Positions 51,894 through 63,538 of a DNA stretch of 64,000 nucleotides are shown piece by piece. The notes beneath the pieces are model-generated. The model saw only the letters and a list, made by a program, of their open reading frames with translations, did no database searches and had not been told where the DNA came from. The position numbers and the translations under genes are program-made. Source of the DNA: Corallochytrium limacisporum Hawaii (taxonomy: Eukaryota > Protista > Pluriformea). Within the stretch, counting starts at the first letter, position 1. Every line of letters begins with the position of its first letter. The stretch is taken from NCBI GenBank assembly GCA_002811645.1, contig PDIP01000063.1, forward strand, positions 197,431 through 261,430, read 5' to 3'.

Positions 51894-54800
51894 CTAAATA
51901 GAAAAACATACTGTCATAGTTCATGGTATGTATCGCTTCACATCATTAATCGATCAAAACCAAAACGGTGATTGTTCTTGGCCTCCGCGGGATCACTCCT
52001 CTGCTGGCGAGCGCGGTTTGCTGGCGACGAAGCTGCAGGAAATGGACTCCCCATAAACGGCATTGTGGCGGACGGACATAACAATGGCCTCAGTGCTTGC
52101 TCAGGAGTCCATTATTCCTCTCAGTCGGGAATCTCGGAGGGTATTTCCCAATTTTCGCCGGTCACCCGGGTCCCTTACCGGCCCGTCCAGTTCTGCGGAA
52201 AATGGCTGGGTATGGTCCAACAGAATACTTTTTTGAAACTCGGAATATATATCAAAATCAGCACTGATTGAATCAAAAGACATTGTTCACACCCCTGGGG
52301 GAGGGGGGCGCGCCGCTATTGGCGTCGACGGGGACGAGTGGTGGTGCGCAAATTGAACCTTTCTTGACGAAATTTGTCGTCGGTTTGACGCCGAAGGTGG
52401 GGATGCGGTTCTTGTCGTTCTATTTTGTTTTTCTAAATAGGACTAGACAGAATTAATGTTTTTTGTGTTGAAAAGACGATCACATTCAGGCTCCTGCTAT
52501 TGCAACAGAAGAACCAGAAGTTCCACACCTTCGTCGCCACTTTCTGGGAGGGTGGGGATGCAGAACAATCCCGTTTTGGCATACATAGAGCCCAACACGC
52601 ATCATCGAATGAAAGTCTGACCGAGCATGCCTGATGAAGGGCCCACCTTACACTTCCTAAAAGTGGGAGACTTCTTCGTTGACATCGTCGGAAGCACAGT
52701 TTACGGTGTTTGGCTTAGTTGCTTTTGCGGATGTTTGTTTGTGTTGTACATGCCTAAGGACTCCTTCCTGGTAGCTTAACCGCCACGCCTCTGCGGCTGC
52801 TATTGCAATGGTTTAGCTACCTGTTGCAGCTATCCAACCCTACACGCACTGTCACCCTGTGCTTCGCAAGGTCTTCTTTGCAAGACGTCCTCATTATTGA
52901 CTTCACCGGCTGTCAAATTCAAAGCTCCGGGATCCGAGTCTCACATGGGATTTGCCACCCCGTTTCCTGTGCTGTTTCAGTCACTTTGACCGCTTTTCGG
53001 TTTCTCGTCCGCTCATCCACCCACGTATTGAAGCAACTTTGAACGGGCTTCGCAGACAGTGTCAATTTTTTCCCAGACGGAGGCCCCTGCTTCATTGCCG
53101 CAATCCCTGGACGGTCGGCCCACCTTTGTTCCACGCCGGAACAAAACGGGAGAGGAAGGGAAGGAAAGGAAGATAAAAGGGCGGACTCCAGTTCATGGGC
53201 ACCCACCACAGTCATCCCTCCACCTACACTCACTCCCCCTCCCGGCATGGGGCAAGGTGTGAGGTTATTGTCTACAAAGTCACCCTTTCAAATTCCCTTC
53301 TCGCTGCGGTGATGCTCTTCCGCTTGCTTCGGGAAGGAGCACGAGCCCGTGCCGGAGCCGTGCTGAATCTCCCAGTGTGTCCATGCCCGCATCCTGCGAG
53401 CAAGCCTTGTAATCGCGTCTATTCATCATCTTCGTTCCAATAAAGATTACTTTTCTCGTCGCCCCCTTTGCGGTAATCTCTCACTTTCCTTCATTAACCT
53501 ACGCACTTATTACTCATTTCATCGAATGCATCGGCTTCCTTGCTTCTTCAGGAGTATGCCCACTTTCAGAGTCCAGAAGAAGCAGACAAGAAGAAGAATT
53601 GGAATGCGTGCTCGTTATATGTGGTTGGATCAGATGTTTTCGTTCTCTTTCGATGAATTTGCAATGACATGTAGGACGGCGTTAGTGATCCTGCCGCTCA
53701 TATGTTTTCTTAACACTTGTCAAATCAGGGAGCGATTGTGGTGTTATGCGTTCACAAGACAACGCACTTCATCATCGGCAAAGATGTTCCGTCTTCTTCA
53801 TGCTTCATAAACACGCATTCTAGGTGAGTTTCGCAATGCGGTTCCTCCTTTTCGCTGCACGAGTTGCAGTACCCTACTTATGGGTGAAACCAAAAAGGAT
53901 GTCGATCGTACGATCCGCGAGGGGGATATGATCGGGCTGCTGTGATACTGCCCGGTGAGCCTTCATATAGTTGTTCAGAAATATCTCAATTCACCGCCTT
54001 CTGGTTTCCACACAAAAGAGGCGAAATGAATGAATTTCCTGTATCGCCACAAGCGCACGCCGGAGCAGGGGACAGGCTGCCTGCGGATGAACAAATATCG
54101 GCAGGCTGCCACAACGATCGGACATCCAATAATCCACTTCCACCGACGGGGCGACGATCGTTTCCAGGATAAGTACCTGCTCTGTGTGTCTGTGATGGTC
54201 ATCCAAGGACTGTTTTCGGAGTAGGAACCTAGAACTTAATACCTTATATTTTGGTCACTTGATCAGCTTGGATCATTCCAAGCTGTTCCACTCTTTGTCG
54301 TCGTGGGTGCGGTCTGGAGTCTCTCCGAAAATACTTCAACTTGGGAGGTCCTGGTGACATCCTATTTGATGGCGTGCTGACAGATAACGATTTCGTCTCT
54401 GGCCAACCTGCCTCCTGCTGCATTGTCCGAAATTGTTGATTGTTTGTTGACAAACATGCAACATGAGCATGATGGTCAGGACTAGCCGTTGGTTTGGTGC
54501 TGGTGGAGCATTCTCCGCAGAACTAAGGGATGGTTTTCTTGTTGCAGCGGTTGTGGTTGATTACGTAACAGTCAAGAAAGTAAAGATCCATGGGAGAACC
54601 AAGTTTTCAAACTTGGAAGCGAGCAACGATGGACGGAGGGGAAAGGTGCGATGTTGAAGTGAGTGTGTCCAAACGAGCGATGGACTATTACGGCGATAAT
54701 TTGATGGGAAGATGTACTCCAATGGGAATTCGGGCACGGAGAGAGCACAGAGTATGATGAGTATTCACGCAGTTTAGCACAAGCGAAGAATTTAGAAAGT

Positions 54801-57800
54801 CGCCCCGGAGCAGCAAATGGGGAAAAGGTCCCGGAACTAGGAGAAAAGGGAAGATAGTGACATTATTATCAGATCAGAGAACCGAAACAAAGTCCTATGA
54901 CAATGACTTAGAAAAGTAAGTCTAAGTCAAAACACGATCTGTGCTTTTCCGAGTTGTGGGACGACGGCCTTGCTCCTCATCTTACCCGCTCCATCTTTCT
55001 TCTCTACCCGAAGAGAAGCACCACTTGCCTTCGGGTGCAAGTATTTTTCTTCTTTCGCCCTCTCTCCTTCTCCTCGTTTCTTTTTGGTATTGTTGTTTTC
55101 CTCCACATTCATGTTGAAAGAATATTAGTAATGGAACAGTGTATTCATCTCCTTTTTTTCCTTTTACTTTTACTTTTTTTACACCCCATTTGTTTATCCT
55201 CCTCTCGCGATATTTTTTGCTTAGTGCAGGCACTAAGGTTCATCTTCATCAGTTAGGTCTTCCTTTCCGTCGCCCCAAACAAAGAAAAAACAAAACCGAC
55301 AGCTGTCAAGGTCTAGGAAAAAAAGGGTATAAGCACAGACAGAATGCAGATCGCAAATGAATAAACACCGGAGGACCATCTGGTTTAGGACAATTTCATC
55401 TCATACTAACTGCCGCATGTCGCACTTCATCGAACTAGAAATGTTAGCTGTTGCTTGGTGCTACTGTATGCGCACGAGATTCTTCAATTTCGTTCTTGGA
55501 TGACTAAGTGATTGCGGAATATTGTGCACTAGCCCCACCACACTTGACATTCCTCCTCATATAGCTCCGGGTTGTCCATATTGCGAATCTTTTTAATATC
55601 CCGCGCTTCGTGAGTTGTTGTCTTCCTGCCAGCCAGCATAGAGAGAAAAGAAAAGGTACCTGCGACGGGGGATCACGGTGCAATGCACCAAAGACCTATA
55701 CAGATATGCAGTCCATGGCATTCTCTCCCTGGCATTCGTCCCTGCCCCCTACGTCCGGTTTCTTGACATTGCTACCACGTCGCAGACGGAAATGGGTGGG
55801 AGAGAAGACGGCAGAGACCAACAACCACTCCCAAAGAAACAAAAATATAACATTCGGAAGAGAAAATGACACGAAAGAAAAGGGTGAGACACCCTCCGCG
55901 CCCGCCCCCTCCACACCTCCCTCCTCCCCAGGCCCACGGGGTTATTACTCGGATTGAATACAGCTTGGTGCGCAGGCAGCGCGGACTTAAATACAGTGTC
56001 AACAGTGACAAAATGGACATGCAGCGCACGGCACCAAGACATGCAGGGTCCCTCTGAAACACAATGGGATTGGAGTCCAATTCAATGAGACAGAAGAATG
56101 AGTGTTTGCCTCACACGTTCATGTCGGACAGTACTTTCCTTTCTTCATGTTCTTCACCAACAACAAAAGAGGGAACGTTGTCGATGTATTCGTCAACCGG
56201 TGTACCCGCTGGAACCTTATCCATGCTTCCACCTACCCTGTGCCCCAAAACCACCCACACAGATACCATTTGGTACAATCGTGTACCCAGTGCAAGCATT
56301 GCAATTTTTTTCACATACTTGGTAAAGAAAATGGGAAAATGAACCTGTTGGACATTGACCCTAAAGAAAAGATTAGTGTCGGAGCGTAAGAAAAAGTACA
56401 TTCTACCAAGTTCAAGTAGGGTGTACTATTTGTTTGTAATTGACATATACTGGCCTTATCGGGCTCGTCGATGATGATGACGATGAAGACCGACGAACGG
56501 TTGAAGAGAGTGTGAGAGTTTATGTGAAGACTTGCTTCTTGGGTACCGTTCCCTGTCAAGCAAACGGTCCATGTGGGCTGGGTGTGTCGATAAAGCGTTT
56601 GTGTGTGTGCGTGTGTGGGTTTGTGTGTGTTTGCGGCTGTATGTGTGTATGTGTATATGTGTGTCTGTATATGAATGAGTGAGTTTGTTCGTGGAAGAGA
56701 GTAAGATAGCGTGCGCGGGCTAGCTTTGTGTGCGTACGTGTGCATATGTGTATGTGAATGTGTGTATGTGTGTCCGTTTTCTGTGGCATCAGGACATTGT
56801 ATATCTTATGTCCCGGTTTGTTTATCTTTCCCTTGCGTCCTGTGTTGGCTGCATACGTGTGGAAAGTTGAGCTCTTTGAGCAACTGTTTCCAGGTTTCAA
56901 TTCTGCACCGCGGAACATGGTTCACACTTTTACACGATGCCGATGAGATGGGCCGCAGCCTTTCATTCCAAACGGTTGTGCAACGTCGCATTTTACAACA
57001 AACTCCCGAATCTTCTGCACACCAATGGACCGATGGAAGGTTTTGACTAGCTCCCATCACTGAGGCTCCCTTCGGCCCCCAACAATTTCACTATATGGGG
57101 CCCGGTCCTTGTCCAACCCGAAAGTAGACTACACCAAAAGTTGTTGTCCTGAATATCATGGTATGTCAACCCTTTCTGAAATGTTCGCCCTTGTCCGGGG
57201 TTTATTTCTTAGCCCCTTTCCTTCGGCTACGGGAAAGCGTAGGGAAACCCACATTCAATCCCAGCAACATAGTCGAATGTCGCACGCAAGTTGTCGGGTA
57301 TAATGCGGCCAGAGAAATTTGAAAACAAAGGGGCTGGGGTGCTCTTCGGACTTGGACCAGCCCTTGTGTCCTGCAAGGTTCGAAACAGTGCCAGTAAACT
57401 AATTGGTCTTTGCTGTTGAACTCGCCAAATCTGCCATATTCTGGCCAAGGTAGAATTAAATAAGGCGTGTTCCGATAGAGGCACTTCGGCACGTAGCAAA
57501 ATCTCTAGTTCCCCAATTGATGATCGCATGGACCTTTGTGTCATTCGGAGCGCGCACGGTAATCACTTGCAATTCCATTGTAACAGTTGTACCATAGACC
57601 TTACATTTGGGATTCACTCCCCGCTCCCGCCCCTCACAGATTTTTTGTCATGCTCTCGCCCCGTGGTGTGGTTGCATTAGAATCCTGCGCCATCATATTA
57701 GACCTCAATTCGGTGTAGGAGTGATGATCGAACGATGAGGAACAGTGTGTTTATCGGAGATGGACAGGGAATGTCACAAGATCAACTAAATCAAAGGCAT

Positions 57801-58486
57801 TCTCTTCACTGCGACTATGTTTTCAATACTGTTGCGATCAGATCCAACGAGAAAGGTCAAAGCGGACAAAACTCAAGCCCAACCCATAACAAATTCCTGG
57901 CAAAGTAGCCGCTGCTTCTCACACTTCATTGTTTGATTCTTCACGCGAGACTCAGTACCCGTGGTCCCGTGGGTAGCCATCTACTCCTGGCCTATCTCCG
58001 TACTACCTGAGAGCACATTGGTGACATGTTTTGGAAATTCGTGTACTTGAATGCGTGATTAATACTTGCACAGCTTTTTATTGCATTCGCTCATTATCAG
58101 AACCACATGTCGAAAAGAAGCGAAACGATTGTGCCCATGCGCTTGAGGTGGTGTGTTGGCTGCTGGGGCCACATTGATGCCGCACTCCAAATCACACCCC
58201 TTGCTGCGACAGCATCTCGTGTGCTTAGTGTGACACTTGCGGCGCAAGTTACCCGAGGTGACCCAAAATGAATTTACTACACCAGTTCATAGTATACAAA
58301 AGGAACAACAACACACATGAGCGCAATGGCACAGGCATCTGATCTACGGCACATGGATTGTGCTCTATATCTGTCATATACATATAATTGTCCTCGTCCT
58401 CCTTTCCCTTCCACCAGGAACACTCACAAGGGGTGCCCGTCCCTACCTTATCCCTTTCCCCCTTCCCCCCCCCCCCCCCCCCCCCC

Positions 58487-58961
58487 NNNNNNNNNNNNNN
58501 NNNNNNNNNNNNNNNNNNNNNNNNNNNNNNNNNNNNNNNNNNNNNNNNNNNNNNNNNNNNNNNNNNNNNNNNNNNNNNNNNNNNNNNNNNNNNNNNNNNN
58601 NNNNNNNNNNNNNNNNNNNNNNNNNNNNNNNNNNNNNNNNNNNNNNNNNNNNNNNNNNNNNNNNNNNNNNNNNNNNNNNNNNNNNNNNNNNNNNNNNNNN
58701 NNNNNNNNNNNNNNNNNNNNNNNNNNNNNNNNNNNNNNNNNNNNNNNNNNNNNNNNNNNNNNNNNNNNNNNNNNNNNNNNNNNNNNNNNNNNNNNNNNNN
58801 NNNNNNNNNNNNNNNNNNNNNNNNNNNNNNNNNNNNNNNNNNNNNNNNNNNNNNNNNNNNNNNNNNNNNNNNNNNNNNNNNNNNNNNNNNNNNNNNNNNN
58901 NNNNNNNNNNNNNNNNNNNNNNNNNNNNNNNNNNNNNNNNNNNNNNNNNNNNNNNNNNNNN
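58487..58961. other. Assembly gap
   Basis: N-run preceded by a roughly 20-nt poly-C. Confidence 0.99.
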
Positions 58962-59955
58962 CTCCCCTCCCCTCTCCCTCCCCTTCCCGTCCCTCTCTCG
59001 TCCGTCTGTGTGCGTGCACGCTGCTTGTCATTGTCTTCTATAGCGCAGGCGATCGCTCCGTGTTTGCACCAAAACTTGTCCTGAAGATTTCGCTTACATT
59101 TTCACCCTGCATCCATTCTATGCCCTCCTCCCTCGTCCACTCCTCTCGCGCCGTTCAGATCTATAGCTTCCGTTTGGCCAGACAGGTGCTCCACCAATTT
59201 CTCACTCAGTCTCGTGCCTCTCCCCTCCATTGATTCTCCCTCTTCCCCCTTCCCCCCCGGGGGGGGGGGGGTTGGTTTTTTCGACCCTTTGGTGTGTCTG
59301 CCTGCCTGAACCCTTATTGTCCTCCTGAGTTTACTCCACCACCTCCCGAAAGTGCCCCTCTCTCTCCTGTTTTGGTGTTTCCATACTGTCGGCTCAGCAC
59401 AGCAAGGGTGTGTTCCTTCGGCTATGACTTTTTCTCTCTAACTGTTTGCTGCTGCGGTTGTGTCGTTCAGTCTGTTTACCTGGTGGCCTTAAGTTGGTGT
59501 GTGCGTACATAGTTCGACAGTAGTGTGTGCATAGTCAGGTGGTGGTGGGTGGACCATTTTGTCTCCCTGAAGACCCGAGAGGCCAAATCGAATTGGGTGT
59601 ACCCAAAGAGTGAATCGTTTTCTCTTTGTCTTCTCCATCAAGGCGAAGTCCTAAGCACTTATTCCTTTTTCGGAATGCCCATTGCATATGTCGTACTAAA
59701 TTTTTTGCCCTGCTTTATTTCCAATTCTTCTTGCGTCCTGCGAGTTTACATAGAAGGACATCTTGACGGAACCTAAAGCTATTCGAAATAGTTCACTATC
59801 ACTTATTTCAAAAAGTGTGATCATATCCCAAGAGTGTGCGAGACTTCCCAAGTCATTCAGAGGTTTCTTGGCGAAGATACAAAAGAAGAGACGTCGTCAA
59901 ATTCAGTTCGGGTAATAACTTGCACCCCAAATGACTGGATTCCAGTTCACATAAA

Positions 59956-62900
59956 ATGGAGGAAGCTGGAGGAAAGTCCGGGGTGGCCGGAAACTCGGAT
60001 CAGCCCGACGGGAATGTACGGAGGCTGAGTGAGAATGAAGCTGGATTGGAACAGAGAGCACCTAAGCGGCTTGCCAAAGATGAACAGGCCACAGGAAAAG
60101 CACAACAGTCCGCAGACAGGCCTTCGGGAAGCACACCACAACAGCGTCCTAGTCCTCACCCAGTTTATCCCACACCAGTGCATGAAGGTGGGCCAGCTGC
60201 GAGGTACACCGACGGAAGCAATGGAACAAACCCCCAGCAGCAACAGCAACCGCAACAGCAGCAACAACAACCACAACAACAGCAACAGCCCCAACAACAA
60301 CAACAACAGCAACCATCCACTAGGGTGCCGCAGCCCAGCGGTGATTGGGGGTCCGAAGGAAGTAACAATGTAAGTGGAAGCCAGCAGGCGGCATACTACG
60401 ACGCAGGAGCGCCAAGAAACGCTGATGGGCAAGAAGGACCCGCCAGTAGATCTGGATCAGAGCCACTACCTGGACCCCCTTACCAAGCACCGCCTACTGA
60501 GAATGGTAGTAATCAGGGATCTGAGACGCAGCAGCCTGGTGTGGGTGGACCTCCTCAGGAAGGATATCCAGCAGATGGTAGGTACGGTGCGCCTGTCTAT
60601 TCTGGTCAGAGTATGCATCAACCACCGCAAGCCCCACCAAACTATGGTGCACCGGATGCCTCCTCTACTCCTTATGCACGGCAGCAACCATCTCAGGGCT
60701 ATGGTCCATCTGGAGCCGTACCTGGGTCTTACCCACCACCACAGCTGCAACAAGAGTCTGGACCTCTGCCACCACAACAGCAACAAGCACCACCGCAAGA
60801 GCAGAATGCTTCTCAACAGTCGTCGTCACGACCGGAGTCTCGGCAGCAGCAACAGCAACAGCAACAGCAGCAACCGCAGCCACAAACGACGCAGGAAGGG
60901 CAACCTTTCCAGGGACCGGCTAGTCAGATACAACAGCAGTCTGAAACAAAACCCCAGGATTCGAGCAGTAATGTCAAGTTGAGCGGGTACCAACCGTCTG
61001 ATGGAGCCAACAATGCTAGTGGCCAACAAAGTGCTTCGGCTGAGGCAGCCGCCGCTCAAGCGCAGCAAAGAACCACCCCTGTTGCCGCTCAAGGGACAGC
61101 GCACATGAAATCTGACAGCGGACGTGGATCTCCACATCAGCCGCAAGGGGGCTCACGTAGCCACTCTGGCCTTGCAAAAGCCAACCAAGTACCCCGTCAA
61201 GAAAGTCCTCATGGTGGTGTCCCAACACAGCATGGACAAAACTATCCACCTCAGTCACAAAACTATCCCAATCAGGCCCCTTTGCGGGTTCAGGGTGGAG
61301 TCCCCATGCCTCCCGGACAACAGACGCGAGACGGAGTGGGTCACCAACCCCAGCAACAGAAGCAACCACAACAGCATCCATATTATGGAGCGCCGCCGCC
61401 AGATCCATCATACCAGCAAAGGACCGGCCAACCTCAACAGCAGCATCCTGGTATGGGTGTTGATCAACGGCCAGTGTCTCAGCAGGGCAGCCAGATGGCA
61501 CCTGTGCAACGTTACCCGCCCGGTGTAGGGGGACCGGTGCAACGCCCGTCTTCGCAGCCTGCACACGGTGGACAGCAGCAGACCGGTACTCCGCAGGCTC
61601 CGCAAGCCCACGGACCGCCACCTCCTGTCAGCTACCGACAAAGTCCTCAGCAGCAGGGAGCGCGACGTGCCAATGGATCGTACACGCAACAGACAAGACG
61701 AAGCGCCACGCAAACCCCGCCTGTAGGGCCTGCTGCCAACCGACCGACACCGCCATCCCAAGGATCGTCACGGCCTGGTAGTAGCCACGACGGCAGTAAG
61801 CCATATGATGGATACCGTCGCGGTCCGACAGATCAGGCACCACCCTCTCAAGGTGGTTCCTTGTCCCAGGCGCCGAATTTGCAGCATCGCCCCACCCCGC
61901 CCTCCCAGGTCGTTCCCCACGACTATCGGAGTGCGCAAGGCCAGCTACAGGCACAGCAGCGGCCACCTCAGTCGTCACCGCAGCAAACTGGGCCACCCTC
62001 TGTTGATCAACGTCAAGGTGCACCGCCACAGCCTGGGTCTCATCCACAAGGGGCACAGCCGCCACCGGCACCAATGCAGTATCAAGCACCGCCGCAGCAA
62101 CAGCTGCAGCAGCACCCACCACCACCTCAGTCTCAGGGTGGGCCCGGCCCGCAGGATCATGGACAACAACCACCTGGACCACCGCTAGCACCGACCTACG
62201 GTGGCCATCCGCAGGGACCTCCCGGGTATCGTGGACCGCCCCCACCACCAAAGGGTGGAAGGCCTCCTTTGGACCCACAGCAGCCGCAACCGCCGCAACA
62301 ACAGCAACCCCCACCCCCATCCATCCAACAGCAGTCGCAGCAACAGCACCCACAACAAGGGGGGCCGCCGTTGATGCCTGGGCATGGACGTCCAGGCGAG
62401 TACGGTGCTCCGAGACCACCTTTCATGCCTCCAACGGCGGGATATCCAGGTCAGCGCCCGAAGGAGGAGTACGAAAACTATGGATCTGCAGCAATGCCGC
62501 CACCGCCGCATATGCAACAGCAGCCATATGGTCAGAATGTAATGCCTCAGGGACCACCAGGGCATGCGCCTCCGCCACCGGGCCATCCTGGTATGCCACC
62601 GCCAGCGAACTATGCAATGTATCCGCAGCCAGGAATGCCGCCTATGCCCGGTGGACAGCAGCAGCACATGCGGCCCGTTCCGCCACCGCCACTTCCACAC
62701 GGAGCTCCGCCAGCGGAGTACGCCATGTATCGTAACGTTCCACAATACCCCGGTCCTCCTCCACCCCCTGGGGGTGCACCTGGACCACATGCTGGCGTGC
62801 CGGGAGGACCCCCAGCGTACGGTCAACAACCTGGGGACGGCCGAGAGGCGCCTCGACCCCCTGCTCCGATGCCCCGTGCAGGACCTCCAGGTGCTCTGAC

Positions 62901-63234
62901 ACCCGAAGAACACAACATCATGAGCGGAGCCGCTGGCCACTACTCTCCTCTTGAAAATGCCATCTCGTGGCTTAACGACCTCACGAATAAGGAATTGGCC
63001 GCGAAGTTTGCGGTACGCGTGTATACTGGCAGTCGCAAGTCAATGCGTTGCAACTTCGTCAACGCCATTGAGCAGTACTTCCCGGGTCGTATGGGGCCTT
63101 GCAATGTTGTAAAGAGCGGTACGAATCAGATTCGTGACATGGTGACGCACATCCGTCTGCACATGCGCGATTTGGAAATCCAGGTAACTGGCATAGAATT
63201 TCACTCTGTGGATCCCTCGAACATTCGCCGCTAG
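59956..63234 (+). CDS. Q/P/G-rich low-complexity protein with a small C-terminal domain carrying an atypical C2H2-like motif
   Basis: 1092-aa ORF, AAA-ATG start; about 980 aa of Q/P/G/Y low complexity; C-terminal MRCNF...GPCNVV...DMVTHIRLHM. Confidence 0.85.
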   Translation: MEEAGGKSGVAGNSDQPDGNVRRLSENEAGLEQRAPKRLAKDEQATGKAQQSADRPSGSTPQQRPSPHPVYPTPVHEGGPAARYTDGSNGTNPQQQQQPQQQQQQPQQQQQPQQQQQQQPSTRVPQPSGDWGSEGSNNVSGSQQAAYYDAGAPRNADGQEGPASRSGSEPLPGPPYQAPPTENGSNQGSETQQPGVGGPPQEGYPADGRYGAPVYSGQSMHQPPQAPPNYGAPDASSTPYARQQPSQGYGPSGAVPGSYPPPQLQQESGPLPPQQQQAPPQEQNASQQSSSRPESRQQQQQQQQQQPQPQTTQEGQPFQGPASQIQQQSETKPQDSSSNVKLSGYQPSDGANNASGQQSASAEAAAAQAQQRTTPVAAQGTAHMKSDSGRGSPHQPQGGSRSHSGLAKANQVPRQESPHGGVPTQHGQNYPPQSQNYPNQAPLRVQGGVPMPPGQQTRDGVGHQPQQQKQPQQHPYYGAPPPDPSYQQRTGQPQQQHPGMGVDQRPVSQQGSQMAPVQRYPPGVGGPVQRPSSQPAHGGQQQTGTPQAPQAHGPPPPVSYRQSPQQQGARRANGSYTQQTRRSATQTPPVGPAANRPTPPSQGSSRPGSSHDGSKPYDGYRRGPTDQAPPSQGGSLSQAPNLQHRPTPPSQVVPHDYRSAQGQLQAQQRPPQSSPQQTGPPSVDQRQGAPPQPGSHPQGAQPPPAPMQYQAPPQQQLQQHPPPPQSQGGPGPQDHGQQPPGPPLAPTYGGHPQGPPGYRGPPPPPKGGRPPLDPQQPQPPQQQQPPPPSIQQQSQQQHPQQGGPPLMPGHGRPGEYGAPRPPFMPPTAGYPGQRPKEEYENYGSAAMPPPPHMQQQPYGQNVMPQGPPGHAPPPPGHPGMPPPANYAMYPQPGMPPMPGGQQQHMRPVPPPPLPHGAPPAEYAMYRNVPQYPGPPPPPGGAPGPHAGVPGGPPAYGQQPGDGREAPRPPAPMPRAGPPGALTPEEHNIMSGAAGHYSPLENAISWLNDLTNKELAAKFAVRVYTGSRKSMRCNFVNAIEQYFPGRMGPCNVVKSGTNQIRDMVTHIRLHMRDLEIQVTGIEFHSVDPSNIRR

Positions 63235-63538
63235 TGGGGGCATACCAGAACGATCCCGTTGACGGAGCCAAAAACATATAAGAAAAATACATAAGGCAAC
63301 ATAGGAAAATACTGAAACACCAATTTACCTTTGCGCTTGCTCAACACCCACCTAAAGTTCTATACGAGTTACAGAACGGAATTGTGTCCAGTCTATCACG
63401 TCCAGCAAACTTGATAATCAATAGAAATATTTCATATTTTTCTTTTTAACAGAATCTGATTTTGTTTTAGAATTTCGCTAGACACCTTCCTTCTACCCTC
63501 ACCCAGTCATGTTGGGGAGCCTTCTCTCTCACATCGCT

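Noticed and set aside
51891-51971. CDC6 stop context TAG-CTA as a second readthrough case
   Set aside because: TAG is less leaky, and the 25-codon AT-rich extension ends -PKR with no targeting signal.
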